DNA of 64,000 nucleotides from Patescibacteria group bacterium (GCA_018971305.1 JAGXBC010000001.1:173956-237955); one strand, 5' to 3'. Shown: positions 1 through 11,195, counted from the first letter of the stretch. Program-made: numbers and translations. Notes: generated from the letters alone by a model not told the origin.

Positions 1-1977
1 ATGGGCGTCGGGAACGTTCTCATCCAGTTCCAGGGCGTATTTCAAAAGAGCCAAAGCTTGAGACGTGTCCCCCTCCAGATATTTTGTCTTGGAAAGAGAA
101 AAATAAACCTCCTGCCGGTTGGGGCTGAGCGAGAGGGCGATGGCTGCTTCTTTTTCGGCTCCGGGCAAATATAGTTTTGGGTCAATCGCCGAGCTTTGGT
201 TATAAACGTCAACGAGCAGATAATGGTTGAAGGCATCCAGGGGATGGGCGTCTCTTACCTTTTCCATCTGTTCGATAGACCACTTAACCTCATCCTCGGG
301 CACGCCGCCGTTATTATTATAAAAATAGGCCTGCGACATATCCGTCGCATAATCGCGGACAAAATTATAGTTATAGGGCGACCATACGCCTATGGCATCA
401 TGGAAATAATTTATACCCTGCTCTACCTTCCCATTGGCTAGATATTGATAGGCCCAATATTCATCGTAAGCCGCCTGGACCGTTAGAATATTGACGAAAT
501 AAACGACTATAGCGGCGGAGACAATTGCCGCATAGATTGCATATCCGGCAATAATTCCTCGTGGTTTTCCTGCGCCACCGTTGTTCTTAAAGTTATAACC
601 ACCAACTTCACCGCTGTCAGAGCTTTCTCGCCAATAAATTCCGTTAAGCAAGCCGAAAAGCATATAGAGCATCAACGCCGGCCCCAAAGTGTCAAATAGA
701 AAAAGATTCTGGACCGCGTAGGCCACGAAGGTGGCGACGGCTATTTGCCCGAAGATATTACGCGAACGCCAAGCCTCCCAAATAAAAGCCACGACTAGCC
801 CTAGAAAAGCCAGGGTAAGAGCAATCCCCCCCGCATTCAAAAGTTCCATAAGGAAATTGTGGGGCTTGTCGAATCTAGTTTCCTGATAATTGAGTTCCAG
901 GGAATGCGGGTCGTAATACTTATTGAAAACTATATTAAAGTTTTCCCAGCCCCAGCCCAGAACCGGCTTATCCAGAAAACCCTTCCAAGCGGCACGGATA
1001 GCGGAAAGACGCGGCTGGAGTTCTTCGCTGGAAAGAGAGACGGAAACATCTTTAAAGCGATTCAGACCGGGAATCCGCGACCAGAAAGAATTGCTCCTCG
1101 TAAACCAAAACCCAGCCCCTCCAACAATAATAAGAACCAGGACTATTCCATACAGCGAACGCTTATTGAGCCACTTGTTAGTAAGGGCAGGTGGTCGGAG
1201 AGTAAAGAGAATTAGTAGAATGAAAAGCCCCATACCCCAGCCGAGAATCGCCCCGCGCGTCTGAGTGAAGAACAGCGCAATAATGGAGGACGCCATGGAC
1301 AAAAACAAAAAAATGATCAGACCAAGATTCTTCTCTGATTTTTTTGCATTATTATTGATTACCCCGCCGATTTTATTCCTGAATTCGTCGAATAACAGAT
1401 ATAAAGCGAAGAAAAAATTGAAAATAAGATAGCCGGCCAAAAAAGAAGGGTTATCGAAAGTAGACCCTGGACGGTAATAACTAGCGGCCGAAGTGTCCAG
1501 CAGTTTTATCCAAGGCATGATCTCCGGAAACTTAACCTGAGAAATGGCGGTGATCGCCACCACGAAAGATGATATAAGTGTGGCATAGAGCAATCTTCGG
1601 TTATCCTTTTTTGTAAAAATAGAAGAGATTATAAGCATAAACGCCACCATATGAATTATAGTTACAACGCCGAAATCCCGCTCGTAACCGGACCAAAAAC
1701 TGTGCGAGGGATCAACTCCAAAAATTGAAGTTATAATAAGAGCGCCCAGAAAAACCGTTATCCCCCAAACAATCGGGGTCAATTTCGGTCTGTAATCTTT
1801 ATTAAATATAACGAGCGCAAGCCATAGAAAAAAAGCTGCTTCCGTTAGCGACTGGAAAAGGGCGGTTTTAGGAATAATCGCCGGATAAACCGTATCGGAT
1901 ATAAAAAACAGCGGCGTTACCGCAACTATGGCAAAGACAAAGAACTTTATTGTGTTTAAAAGATTACGTTCACTCAT
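1..1977 (-). CDS. Polytopic membrane protein, O-antigen ligase/Wzy_C-like N-terminal half with TPR-like C-terminal region. Start at 1977; C-terminus runs off the window edge.
   Basis: Hand translation of the minus strand from ATG (complement of 1975-1977) gives MSERNLLNTIKFFVFAIVAV... with more than 10 hydrophobic helices. The later part is Tyr/Trp-rich and repeat-like. The ORF stays open to position 1, so it is absent from the ORF track. In-frame stop upstream at 1993-1995. Confidence 0.55.
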   Translation of the reverse strand, partial: MSERNLLNTIKFFVFAIVAVTPLFFISDTVYPAIIPKTALFQSLTEAAFFLWLALVIFNKDYRPKLTPIVWGITVFLGALIITSIFGVDPSHSFWSGYERDFGVVTIIHMVAFMLIISSIFTKKDNRRLLYATLISSFVVAITAISQVKFPEIMPWIKLLDTSAASYYRPGSTFDNPSFLAGYLIFNFFFALYLLFDEFRNKIGGVINNNAKKSEKNLGLIIFLFLSMASSIIALFFTQTRGAILGWGMGLFILLILFTLRPPALTNKWLNKRSLYGIVLVLIIVGGAGFWFTRSNSFWSRIPGLNRFKDVSVSLSSEELQPRLSAIRAAWKGFLDKPVLGWGWENFNIVFNKYYDPHSLELNYQETRFDKPHNFLMELLNAGGIALTLAFLGLVVAFIWEAWRSRNIFGQIAVATFVAYAVQNLFLFDTLGPALMLYMLFGLLNGIYWRESSDSGEVGGYNFKNNGGAGKPRGIIAGYAIYAAIVSAAIVVYFVNILTVQAAYDEYWAYQYLANGKVEQGINYFHDAIGVWSPYNYNFVRDYATDMSQAYFYNNNGGVPEDEVKWSIEQMEKVRDAHPLDAFNHYLLVDVYNQSSAIDPKLYLPGAEKEAAIALSLSPNRQEVYFSLSKTKYLEGDTSQALALLKYALELDENVPDAH

Positions 1978-2124
1978 TTTAGATGTACCGTTTTAATCAA
2001 TATAACAAATGTCGCCGCATATCGGCAATATTTTGTTTTCTCTACCGCAACCAAAAAGACCCCCGAAGGGGCCTTTTTGGTTCATACGATCTGGCAGTCT
2101 CAAGCCGCCGAACCGTAAGGCAAA

Positions 2125-5100
2125 CTACGTACCCTGAGCGAAGCTCGCCGAATTCAACTGAATCGGGAATAGCTGGCTCGAAGGCAGCGTAATGTTGCTG
2201 TTCGCGGCGCTATCAAGACCATCGGTGTAGAGAACATCCGTGGACCGAGTAGAGACGGTCGCAGCGAGAGACGTCACGTTCTGACCTGTAGAGGCCTGGG
2301 TCTTGGAATCGTTGACCTGCAGTGTCCAGTTCCTCGTCGAGCCGGCAGAAATCTGCTGGCCGTTAGACGTAGAACCGAAGTTGAAGGTAACCGAGCAAGA
2401 ACCCGAGCCGCCAGCGGCAACTGTCTGACATGTCGCAGCCGAGGATGTAGATTGAACCGTTCCAATGGATTGGTTGTTTTCATCCAAGATCTTGATGCCA
2501 TCCAAGAAACCAGTGCCGGAAACTGCGTTACCAGTGAAACTCACAACCATCGTGTTCAGAGCAACCGCACCCGCGCTGTCAGCCGAGAAGCTAAGAGTCG
2601 CGAAGTTGTCGGAAGTGCTCTTGGACCGTCCGGTTGTGGAACCCAAGGCCGTCGCGGCAAACGAAAGTTTGCTCCTCAAGACGGTCTGAGTGTTGCCGGC
2701 AGCAGAAGTGGTTGATACCGAAGACGTGCTGTTGGACGTAGCACCTAAGGCCGTAACAGCCGAACCATTCGCAATGTTGAACTGGTGGTTGGCATTATCC
2801 GTGGCTCCCGAAGAAGCGTAGGAAGAAGCGTCACCTTTCAAAGTAAGCGAGATGGAGTTCGCCTGCGGAACAACGAACGGAGTGGCAAAGTGGAATGTCC
2901 ATGCCCACAAGGCCGTTCCCGAAGTGACAGCCGAGCCGGCCGTGCCAACAGCCGTTGAGCCGTTGTACAAGGTCAGATTGCTGAATGTCGATTTAACGGT
3001 GGAAGTAGAAGAGACCGTGTCGGCGACCGTAAGGTCGGTGACCTTAACGTTTTCCGCGTTCGTGGTTTCCGTAAAGCGGAAGGTAGCCAAAGGATTCTGG
3101 GATGAACCCATCACAATCTGGCCAGCCGGGGCCTGCGAGGAATCGGCAGTTACCGAAACCGTCGCCTGTCCGGCAATCGTAATTCCCTGTCCAGCCGTCG
3201 AGGAACAGGTCAAGGCGTTGTAAGACGTCTGGCCCGTACCAGAGCAGGAAGAAAGGGTTGAGGCCGGGCTTACGGACGCAGCGCCGGACAGAATGTCGGC
3301 GTAGACGTCAACGTAAGTCGTACCGCCCTTCGCAACCGTGAACGGTGTTCCCGAGAACGAGTAGGAACCGCCCGAGGAAACTAACCCTTGGGTAGAACCG
3401 AACTGCGAGCCGTTAATCATAACGTGCAAGTTGCTGAGGAATGCCGTAGCGCCAGCCTTTACCGTCAAGTTGGAAACGGTCACGCCGTCAGCCGATGAGG
3501 CCGTCAAAGCGTAAGAGCCAATCTTAACGTTGGACGAAGGCGAGGCAACGGTCTGGTTGCCCAAAGCCGTGTTCTGCGCCGTCGTGAGCTGTGTGGACTG
3601 GAGCGTCAAAGACGAACCAGTTGCTCCGCCCGAAGAGTTGCTTGCGGACGAAGTCAAACCCTGCAGGTTACTGGTATTGCCAGTCAGAGAGGCAACTACC
3701 GTACCGAAGTCAGCACCAGACTGAATGTCTGCCTTTATAGACAAGACACGGGTCGTGTTCGCCGGAACTATATAGTTGATCGGCGAGGTGCCTGTACCAA
3801 AACAGTCGGTGTAGACACCACCCGTGTAAGAGGTGTTGCTACCACCGCCAACCGTAATATCACAAGTGTTCGTCGTGGCGGAAGGAGGCGTGTTGATGGT
3901 TGTACCCACCTGACCACCCGCGTCATCCGTCAAGGCGACATTTTTGACCTCGTTAGACAAGGTTGTCGTCGAATTGCCGAACGTCATCTTAAAGGTTAAG
4001 AATTTAACCTTAACCGCTTCACCCGCCGCGTAAATTGTGTACTTGGCGAGCGTCACGTTGGACTGTCCAGGAGCCAAGTTTCCAGTCGGCGTATCGGCCG
4101 CCTGAGAAACGGTTATTTGACCCTGCTGGATTGAAACCTGCGTGCCAGTGTTGGACGAGCCGGCGATCGGCACGTTGTACTGGGAGTCCACAGCGTAGAG
4201 ATCGTAAGAGTTCAAGATCTCAAACTGGAAGTTCTTGTTCGGAGAACCCATAACATCGGAGTAAACCTGAATGTTATTGGAGCCCGTGTTCAGAGTCCCT
4301 GGGTTGGACGACATATCAAAGTAGGCAGTTCCATCAGCCCCAACTGAGGCCAAGGTAGTGCCAGCCTGCGTGCCGTTAACCATTATTTTCACGTTGCGGA
4401 GGTCGGCGTTATTGGCCGAACCGATAACCGTGAACTTCAATCCTTTCAGCCAAACTTTGCTGTTGGAGACGCTGAAGTTCCAGGAACCGACAATGTTGTT
4501 CTGAGTACCGGCAGTGTCAGTCGTCGCAATGGAACTGGACGTAATTGTCAAGCTCGCAATGGAAGGATTGGTGACTGTCGTTACCGTGAACGTATTGCCG
4601 CTAAGAGGGAAGGCTCCGGAGGCCGAAACCGCCGCGCCGCCGCTCGTCGCGGAAACATTGCTTGCCGCTGCAATCGCGAATCCGACCGTGTTACCAGCCG
4701 TAAGACCCGTTGAAGGGTCTATGGCAAGCCACAAGGTGCGGGTGGCCCCGGCGTTTACGTTCAAATTCAATCCGGCGAAGTCAATGACTCCGTTGGAGAT
4801 GGAATTGTACTGATAAAGCACCTGGCCGTTTTCAACCAAGTAAGCTCCGGAAATGGAGCTATCGGAGATGACTCCGGTCTTGTTGAATTTCAATTCGGAA
4901 ACCGTAACTGCGCCAGAATTGCCTGCGGTCAAGTTCACGGCCATAACCGGAACGCGAGCCGCGGCAGTTGAAGCACTCGAAATGAGCGCGCCGGCTGATG
5001 GGTTCTGTGAAGACAGAGACACAACTAAACCGGAAGCTGGAGCAGGAACACTCGGAGTACTACTAGTAGAAGGAGTACTGGCCGACAAAGACGCGACGTA

Positions 5101-5520
5101 AGCGCGTGACTTTGCCCCGAAGTAACCGGCAGCCGGGCTAATGCCGTGAGCCGCCTGATACTTCGCAACAGCCGCCTTTGTTAAGGCACCGAAGTATGTT
5201 GATTCATGTCCCGGAGAACCCGCGCCGGACGCCGCAATCTGCGCGCCATTCGCATTCAAGAACTGCTGCAAGGCCTTAACATCGGCTCCGGAACTGCCCA
5301 CGGTGAGGTCGCGGGTATAGTTGTAAGAAGACGACATTGAAGAACCGCTGGCAGAGTTGAGCTGCGATTGGAGTTGCTGAATTTGCGTGAGCAACGCTGC
5401 GATCTGCGCCTGCAAGTCCGTAACGGACTGAGCAGAAGCAACCGGGAGAAGAGCGCCGGAGAACGTTATTAATGTCGTTCCCGCGAGCGCCAAAGAAACT
5501 AATTTCTTTGAGATATTCAT
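2125..5520 (-). CDS. Large secreted Ser/Thr/Ala/Gly-rich surface protein with signal peptide, coiled-coil and a putative peptidoglycan-binding domain near the N-terminus
   Basis: 1131-aa ORF with an N-terminal signal peptide MNISKKLVSLALAGTTLITFSGALLPVASAQ. A PG_binding_1-like segment (GADVKALQQFLNANG...AAVAKYQAAHGI) is followed by about 900 aa of low-complexity S/T/G/A-rich beta-rich sequence. GC is higher than in neighbouring genes. Confidence 0.7.
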   Translation of the reverse strand: MNISKKLVSLALAGTTLITFSGALLPVASAQSVTDLQAQIAALLTQIQQLQSQLNSASGSSMSSSYNYTRDLTVGSSGADVKALQQFLNANGAQIAASGAGSPGHESTYFGALTKAAVAKYQAAHGISPAAGYFGAKSRAYVASLSASTPSTSSTPSVPAPASGLVVSLSSQNPSAGALISSASTAAARVPVMAVNLTAGNSGAVTVSELKFNKTGVISDSSISGAYLVENGQVLYQYNSISNGVIDFAGLNLNVNAGATRTLWLAIDPSTGLTAGNTVGFAIAAASNVSATSGGAAVSASGAFPLSGNTFTVTTVTNPSIASLTITSSSIATTDTAGTQNNIVGSWNFSVSNSKVWLKGLKFTVIGSANNADLRNVKIMVNGTQAGTTLASVGADGTAYFDMSSNPGTLNTGSNNIQVYSDVMGSPNKNFQFEILNSYDLYAVDSQYNVPIAGSSNTGTQVSIQQGQITVSQAADTPTGNLAPGQSNVTLAKYTIYAAGEAVKVKFLTFKMTFGNSTTTLSNEVKNVALTDDAGGQVGTTINTPPSATTNTCDITVGGGSNTSYTGGVYTDCFGTGTSPINYIVPANTTRVLSIKADIQSGADFGTVVASLTGNTSNLQGLTSSASNSSGGATGSSLTLQSTQLTTAQNTALGNQTVASPSSNVKIGSYALTASSADGVTVSNLTVKAGATAFLSNLHVMINGSQFGSTQGLVSSGGSYSFSGTPFTVAKGGTTYVDVYADILSGAASVSPASTLSSCSGTGQTSYNALTCSSTAGQGITIAGQATVSVTADSSQAPAGQIVMGSSQNPLATFRFTETTNAENVKVTDLTVADTVSSTSTVKSTFSNLTLYNGSTAVGTAGSAVTSGTALWAWTFHFATPFVVPQANSISLTLKGDASSYASSGATDNANHQFNIANGSAVTALGATSNSTSSVSTTSAAGNTQTVLRSKLSFAATALGSTTGRSKSTSDNFATLSFSADSAGAVALNTMVVSFTGNAVSGTGFLDGIKILDENNQSIGTVQSTSSAATCQTVAAGGSGSCSVTFNFGSTSNGQQISAGSTRNWTLQVNDSKTQASTGQNVTSLAATVSTRSTDVLYTDGLDSAANSNITLPSSQLFPIQLNSASFAQGT

Positions 5521-5934
5521 TTAGTAAGTTTAATTTATTTTCGATTTAATTTATTTTATCGACCTGTTTTTGATTGGGTCGTCGACCTTTTTAATTTAAT
5601 TTGGAATCCACTGGCCTTCGTTTCGACCCCCATATCATCGGTGAGGACAATGTGCGGGGAACAAATAGCCGCGGAGTTGGTTTCTAATTATTAAAAAACT
5701 CGCTGTTCAAGGCGAGGCTGTCTAAGTTTAAAGATAAACCATACAACTATGACCAAAAAATATCATAGCCGCTAGCTTTTATCTTCGTGTCCGTTTTCAC
5801 GAACTGGTCCAGCCTCACACTGAACCTCTATTAAATTCTAGCAGAACCAAGAGCTAAAAGATGTGCATAAACCGACAGAATCAAGCTTTTGGTTAGCAAT
5901 ATATATAACGATGCTAAGGGCGAAAGGTTACCAA

Positions 5935-6615
5935 CTATTGTTGCCTACTTATCGTCCTATAGTAAGTAGACGGCCCACCATTTCCGGCCCTTTCTATGAG
6001 CCCCCGGGAAAGCAAATTTTGCATATCGTAACGCAACGTTCTTTCGCTAACACCAGGCAATATACCCTGTATTTCCTTCAATCGGCAATTGCCGTTTTGC
6101 CGTATTCTTTCCAATATTGCCGATTGCCGCATTTCCGATTTAATATAGTTGCCGCTTCCATTATCTAATTGACCATAATCAGAGTTATCCCGATTAACAG
6201 TGTTTTCAACGGTTAAATCTTTTGCCGTATTATCTTCAGTTGAATTAGTAATAGATGATTTATCGTATCCGGAAAATATATCATCCAATTTTATCTCATC
6301 TATTTTTGCCGGATTATCATATTCGGCAATTGCCGAATTTAGACCATATAATTCAGATATCACCTTATCAGAATTTGCCGGATGGAAAACCCCGACATCA
6401 GCTCCAAATCTTAGCAATCTTTCTAGGTTATCAGATGCCGAAAACATCGCAACCCGATCTTCGGAGGAAAATGCCCCCAAGACGATAAGCGCCGCGTCTT
6501 CCGCTTTATCCCTAAAACTTCCACTATTGACAGAGGACGCCATTCTCCAGACGGCATAGGCAACTTCATATGCTTTCTTTGTTAAAAACTTATCCTGATT
6601 ATTTATCCTGGACAT
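5935..6615 (-). CDS. Hypothetical protein with C-terminal winged-helix (DeoR-like) HTH
   Basis: 226-aa ORF. The C-terminus RQSAILERIRQNGNCRLKEIQGILPGVSERTLRYDMQNLLSRGLIER resembles a DeoR/HTH_11-type DNA-binding domain. The middle is a D/N/S-rich linker. Confidence 0.5.
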   Translation of the reverse strand: MSRINNQDKFLTKKAYEVAYAVWRMASSVNSGSFRDKAEDAALIVLGAFSSEDRVAMFSASDNLERLLRFGADVGVFHPANSDKVISELYGLNSAIAEYDNPAKIDEIKLDDIFSGYDKSSITNSTEDNTAKDLTVENTVNRDNSDYGQLDNGSGNYIKSEMRQSAILERIRQNGNCRLKEIQGILPGVSERTLRYDMQNLLSRGLIERAGNGGPSTYYRTISRQQ

Positions 6616-6739
6616 TGAGAATCAGTATATTGCCGCAAGGCAAAATATGTCAACAGGCAAAAAATTAATATACCGATGCGGTAACTATTAAAAAATCCCG
6701 CTTGGTATGGGATTTTTATTATATCTCTTTTATTCACCG

Positions 6740-7552
6740 CTATCTGTTGGCGATTTTGAGGATCTCTTCCGCCTTCTTAAGTTTTTCCAGCGTTCCGCAA
6801 TCAAGTCGTCTGCCCGGAAATTCCCAGCCATAAACCCTTCCCTTTATTATAAGCTCTATTTGCAAAGCAACTGCCAGAGGCAAGGCGTCGTCAGCAACCA
6901 TGGGCAACGTATCGGAAACACTTTTTAGATTTCTTAATATTGAAGGGGTTATGATATATCCGCCGACAATAGTGAGATTAGAAGGGGCTTCTTTGGCAAG
7001 GGGTTTTTCCACTATCTCCGTAACCTCGTAGATATTCCCTCCCCATCTATTATTTTTTGCCGCATATGTTTTTACCTTCTTGATCCCCACGACACCAAAA
7101 CGGGAAACTATTTTTTTAGGGACCCTTTCTAAAAGCAACACCGGAGAACGTTGCGATTCGTAGATTCTAATAAGAGATTGTAAAACAGGGGGTTTTTCGA
7201 TAATAATATCGTCACAAAATCTAACGGCGAAGGCCTCGCCACGGAGCAGATCGTAGGCCTGAATAATTGCGTGTCCATTGCCACCCGGAGTAGCCTGTTC
7301 ACGAACGTGAAAGCCCAATTCCGGGAATTTCTTTCCATGGACACGTAAATATTCCTGGAATTTGCCGCGGCCGGAGGGATTAACAATTAAGATAACTTCT
7401 TTTATGCCGCTCAGTACGGCCTCTTCTAAAACGTATTCAATAAGGGGCCTGCCGTTAACTTTTATGAGGTTTTTAGGGATGTGGCGGGTTAAGGGCAACA
7501 GCCGCTTTCCCCTGCCGGCCACAGGCAGAACAAGCTTTGTTATTCTCTTCAT
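6740..7552 (-). CDS. galU: UTP--glucose-1-phosphate uridylyltransferase-like sugar nucleotidyltransferase
   Basis: N-terminal LVLPVAGRGKRLLPLTRHIPKNL and GGNGHAI motifs are typical of GalU/RmlA-family nucleotidyltransferases. A terminator-like hairpin follows at 6697-6722. Confidence 0.7.
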   Translation of the reverse strand: MKRITKLVLPVAGRGKRLLPLTRHIPKNLIKVNGRPLIEYVLEEAVLSGIKEVILIVNPSGRGKFQEYLRVHGKKFPELGFHVREQATPGGNGHAIIQAYDLLRGEAFAVRFCDDIIIEKPPVLQSLIRIYESQRSPVLLLERVPKKIVSRFGVVGIKKVKTYAAKNNRWGGNIYEVTEIVEKPLAKEAPSNLTIVGGYIITPSILRNLKSVSDTLPMVADDALPLAVALQIELIIKGRVYGWEFPGRRLDCGTLEKLKKAEEILKIANR

Positions 7553-7591
7553 GTTTTAAATTCTATAATCTAAATTATATATTCTCAAATC

Positions 7592-8404
7592 TCACAAACC
7601 CCACTGCGCCAACCCTAAAATCACCACCAGGAATGAGAAAAATATGGAAAAAGAAATCAATACCTTATCTTTTATTAATATCCCAGCCGAATAATCGGCA
7701 GCCAGCTCCATAAGCATCGTAGCTGTTAAAAATACCAGGGCCGACTGATAAAAAAAGTTTATAGGCAGAAGGAGGGCGACAAGAGATATCTGCCAGATGA
7801 TAATTGCTGAAATGCCAGCTATTATAGACGGGGGTATTCGAGCGCCGCCCGATGAATCAGGACGGTCAGCAAACCGCAGGAATTCATTGATGAGGAAGAA
7901 AAAAACAGCGGCAATTACAATCATCCAAACAAATCCAGCCACCGTCCCCCAGTTGTCAAATTTTGCAAAGAACTTAATAAAAGTCAAAAACATAATTGCC
8001 AGAACCAAAATCTCGTGAGCGGATTTCCTTCCGATAAAAATCAGGTCTTTGATGCCAAGAATGAGATAGAAAACCAACGACAACAGCACTGCAAACGGCA
8101 ATCCCGCCGGTTCCGCAATAGAGAAAAAAATAAGCACTGCGAAAGGCAGGAGTAACTTGATCGGCCGGAAAAACGGGACAAAATACATATATAAAGCTAT
8201 GAGGAAGAAAATCCAGAATGGCAGAAAAAACCAAGCTGCGCCGAAAATTACAGCCTTCACAACGTGGGCACGCAAGGGAATGGCCTTTTTAATTGTCGTT
8301 ATAAATTTATCCATCCCGTTAAAAAATGAACTCCTTGGCTCTCGACAAGGGACTGCATATGGCAATTGCAACGTGCCGATAGTTAAATGCCAGCCGACGA
8401 GCAA
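7592..8404 (-). CDS. Hypothetical integral membrane protein
   Basis: 270-aa ORF, strongly hydrophobic with multiple predicted TM helices. No recognisable catalytic motif. Confidence 0.5.
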   Translation of the reverse strand: MLVGWHLTIGTLQLPYAVPCREPRSSFFNGMDKFITTIKKAIPLRAHVVKAVIFGAAWFFLPFWIFFLIALYMYFVPFFRPIKLLLPFAVLIFFSIAEPAGLPFAVLLSLVFYLILGIKDLIFIGRKSAHEILVLAIMFLTFIKFFAKFDNWGTVAGFVWMIVIAAVFFFLINEFLRFADRPDSSGGARIPPSIIAGISAIIIWQISLVALLLPINFFYQSALVFLTATMLMELAADYSAGILIKDKVLISFSIFFSFLVVILGLAQWGL

Positions 8405-8494
8405 TATTTACAACCGGATTCATCTATATAAAAATACCCCTCTATTGAAGAGTTGTAAAATTAACGGTCCACCCGTGCACGATATGAATAAGAT

Positions 8495-11143
8495 CTAATT
8501 GAATACCAAAGAGTCAAGGCGGAAATTTACCTTTACCTTGCTGCCATCTTTCAGTTCCCCGCGGATAATCTTGTCTGCCAATTTATCCAAAATAACCTTC
8601 TGCATTAAGCGCTTAAGGGGGCGCGCTCCATATTCAGCGCTAAAACCTTCTTTAATAAGATATTCGCGGGCAGTTTCGTTCACATCAATTTTAATTTTAT
8701 GGGCATCAAGACGCTTCTGGATCATATCAATCTGGATATCAACTATTTTGCCCAAGTCCTCTTTATTTAGGGGGTTGAAAATCACGATCTCATCTATCCG
8801 GTTCAAAAATTCCGGCCGGAAGCTCTCCCGCAGTGATTCCATAACTTTTTCTTTATAGCCGCCATCCTCGCTATCGCGGCTTATTTCATTATTTGCTGCG
8901 CTGAATCCGAAACGAGACATACCCTTCAAATATTGGCTGCCGACATTTGAGGTCATAATGATTATGGCGTTCTTGAAGTTGACAACCTTGCCTTTGCCGT
9001 CGGTGATGCGCCCGTTATCTAAGATCTGTAGTAACAAATTGAAGACCTCCGGGTGGGCTTTTTCTATTTCATCAAAAAGTATCAAGCTGTATGGCCTGTG
9101 GCGCACTACTTCCGTAAGCTGCCCGCCTTCGTCATAACCGACATAACCCGGTGGCGCTCCAATCAAGCGGCTGGTGGCATGTCTCTCCATATATTCGGAC
9201 ATATCTATGCGCACAAGAGCTTTTTCATCGTTGAACATAAACTCGGCCAGTGCCTTAGCGAGCTCTGTCTTACCGACCCCGGTAGGACCAAGAAACATGA
9301 ATGAACCCAATGGACGATTCTCGTCAGAAAGGCCGGCTCGAGCCCGGCGTAAAGCGTTAGCCACGGCTTTTATGCCGTCCCCTTGGCCGACAACTCGGTT
9401 ATCCAATACATCTTCTATCCTCACGAGCTTGTCGCTTTCTGATTCCAGCATGCGCCGAAGAGGAATACCGGTCCAAACGGAAACCACGGCGGCGACATCC
9501 TCTTTATCCACCGATTCCTTAAGGAACGATTCGTCGGTTGATTTTTTACCCTTCTTGGCGCGAATAGCGCTGAAGTGTTTCTTTTCAAAAGCGGTGAAGT
9601 CTTTTTCGGATTGCGGCAGTTCTCCGTACATTATCTGCGCCGTACGCTCAAGGTTCCCTTCGCGCTCCGCAATTTCGGCTTCACGCTTAAGATTGTCAAC
9701 TTTTTGGCGGAGCTGATGCAGTGTTTCAAACTTGATTTTCTCGGAATGCCAACGCGCGGAAAGCTCGTCATTTGTTTCTTTAAGACCTTTAAGGCCTTTA
9801 TCAATTTCCTTAAGACGCCCGCTGTTGTTTTTTTCTCCCTCTTTACTAAGGGCTTGGCGTTCTACTTCCAAGCGCGTGATATCGCGGCGGATGCCGTCTA
9901 TCTCTTTCGGCAAGCTTTCCGTCTCCAACCTGCGGGCAGCAGCCGCTTCGTCTATCAAATCAACCGCTTTGTCCGGCAAAAATCTATCTGTAATATAGCG
10001 GGATGACAGATTTACCGCCTCAATTATAGCTTCATCCGATATCCGCAAACCGTGATGAATTTCGTATTTTTCCTTTAGGCCTCGCAAAATGGCGATGGAA
10101 TCTTCAATAGACGGCTCTTCAACTATAATCGGCTGAAACCTGCGCTCCAGTGCCGGATCTTTTTCTATATAGCGCTGATATTCGCGGATAGTCGTAGCTC
10201 CGATTGTGTGAAGCTCGCCGCGCGCCAAAGCCGGCTTTAAAAGATTAGAGGCATCTACCGCGCCTTCAGCGGCTCCCGCACCAACGATCGTGTGGATCTC
10301 GTCTATAAAAAGAATTATCTGTCCCGAAGCGTTTTTTATTTCATTAACGAAAGCCTTAAGGCGGTCTTCAAATTCTCCGCGGAATTTAGTACCGGCGATG
10401 AGCGACCCCAGATCTAACATCAAAATTTTCTTATCTTTAAGCGGCTCCGGTACGTCGCCGGAGACTATTCTTTGAGCAAGCCCCTCAACAATGGCGGTCT
10501 TCCCGACTCCGGGTTCTCCGATAAGCGCCGGGTTGTTCTTCGTGCGGCGAGAGAGAACCTGCATCACGCGTCGTAACTCTTCTTCGCGGCCGATGACCGG
10601 ATCAAGTTTTCCGGCCTTAGCTTTTTCGGTTATATCTATAGAATATTTTTCCAGAACCTGGAACTTGCTCTCTGGAGTTTCGTCGGTAATCCGCACGGAG
10701 CCCCTAAGCTGGGCCAATGTCCGCCAAACAGCTTCGCGGCGAACGGCAAACTGGTCTAAAACATTTTTTGCCGCCGAGGGAACCTCTAGAATGGCAAGAA
10801 GCATATGCTCGCAGGAAACAAATTCGTCTTTCTGTTGAGCGGCAACTTTTGCAGCCTGATCCAAAACCTTCATTAACTCCTGGGAAAGATAAAGCTGGCC
10901 TACCGTAGAATTGGCCACAAGCCGCGGCAAGCGGCTCAGTTCCAAATCAACGTTTTCTGCCAATTTTTCTACATTTATTCCTATCCTATTCAGGACAGGA
11001 ATAATTAGAGACGATGGGTCTTCTAATAGTGACGCCAAAAGGTGAAGCGCCTTAAGCTCCCCATGACTTTTCTTGGCCGCAAGTTCCTGGGCGTTCTGCA
11101 AGGCTTCCTGGGCTTTGATTGTGAAACGATGGAAGTTGGGCAT
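8495..11143 (-). CDS. clpB: Chaperone ClpB (two AAA+ domains plus long coiled-coil M-domain)
   Basis: 882 aa. D1 Walker A GEPGVGKT and Walker [10 protein letters not shown]2 Walker A GPTGVGKT. Long coiled-coil middle region. N-terminal Clp_N repeats. Confidence 0.92.
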   Translation of the reverse strand: MPNFHRFTIKAQEALQNAQELAAKKSHGELKALHLLASLLEDPSSLIIPVLNRIGINVEKLAENVDLELSRLPRLVANSTVGQLYLSQELMKVLDQAAKVAAQQKDEFVSCEHMLLAILEVPSAAKNVLDQFAVRREAVWRTLAQLRGSVRITDETPESKFQVLEKYSIDITEKAKAGKLDPVIGREEELRRVMQVLSRRTKNNPALIGEPGVGKTAIVEGLAQRIVSGDVPEPLKDKKILMLDLGSLIAGTKFRGEFEDRLKAFVNEIKNASGQIILFIDEIHTIVGAGAAEGAVDASNLLKPALARGELHTIGATTIREYQRYIEKDPALERRFQPIIVEEPSIEDSIAILRGLKEKYEIHHGLRISDEAIIEAVNLSSRYITDRFLPDKAVDLIDEAAAARRLETESLPKEIDGIRRDITRLEVERQALSKEGEKNNSGRLKEIDKGLKGLKETNDELSARWHSEKIKFETLHQLRQKVDNLKREAEIAEREGNLERTAQIMYGELPQSEKDFTAFEKKHFSAIRAKKGKKSTDESFLKESVDKEDVAAVVSVWTGIPLRRMLESESDKLVRIEDVLDNRVVGQGDGIKAVANALRRARAGLSDENRPLGSFMFLGPTGVGKTELAKALAEFMFNDEKALVRIDMSEYMERHATSRLIGAPPGYVGYDEGGQLTEVVRHRPYSLILFDEIEKAHPEVFNLLLQILDNGRITDGKGKVVNFKNAIIIMTSNVGSQYLKGMSRFGFSAANNEISRDSEDGGYKEKVMESLRESFRPEFLNRIDEIVIFNPLNKEDLGKIVDIQIDMIQKRLDAHKIKIDVNETAREYLIKEGFSAEYGARPLKRLMQKVILDKLADKIIRGELKDGSKVKVNFRLDSLVFN

Positions 11144-11156
11144 TGATAAAAATTTT

Positions 11157-11195
11157 CAATTTCCAATTAATCAATTTTAAAAAGTTTGGAAATTG
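11157..11195. promoter_or_regulatory. 10-bp perfect inverted repeat (caatttccaa / ttggaaattg) with 19-nt spacer in the clpB 5' leader. Candidate heat-shock repressor operator.
   Basis: The arms at 11157-11166 and 11186-11195 are exact reverse complements. The element lies between a TATAAT-like -10 on the minus strand and the clpB start codon at 11143. Confidence 0.35.

Noticed and set aside
2274-5101. Numerous 60-125 aa ORFs on the plus strand inside the 2125-5520 gene (for example 2852-3223 and 4514-4813)
   Set aside because: These are antisense ORFs in a GC-rich, stop-poor S/T-rich coding region. They have no motifs or RBS. The long minus-strand ORF explains the region.
6071-6338. Palindromes cggcaattgccg / attcggcaattgccgaat that looked like operator sites
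   Set aside because: They lie inside the 5935-6615 coding sequence. They arise from codons for SAIA/AIAE-type peptide segments and are not positioned relative to a promoter.
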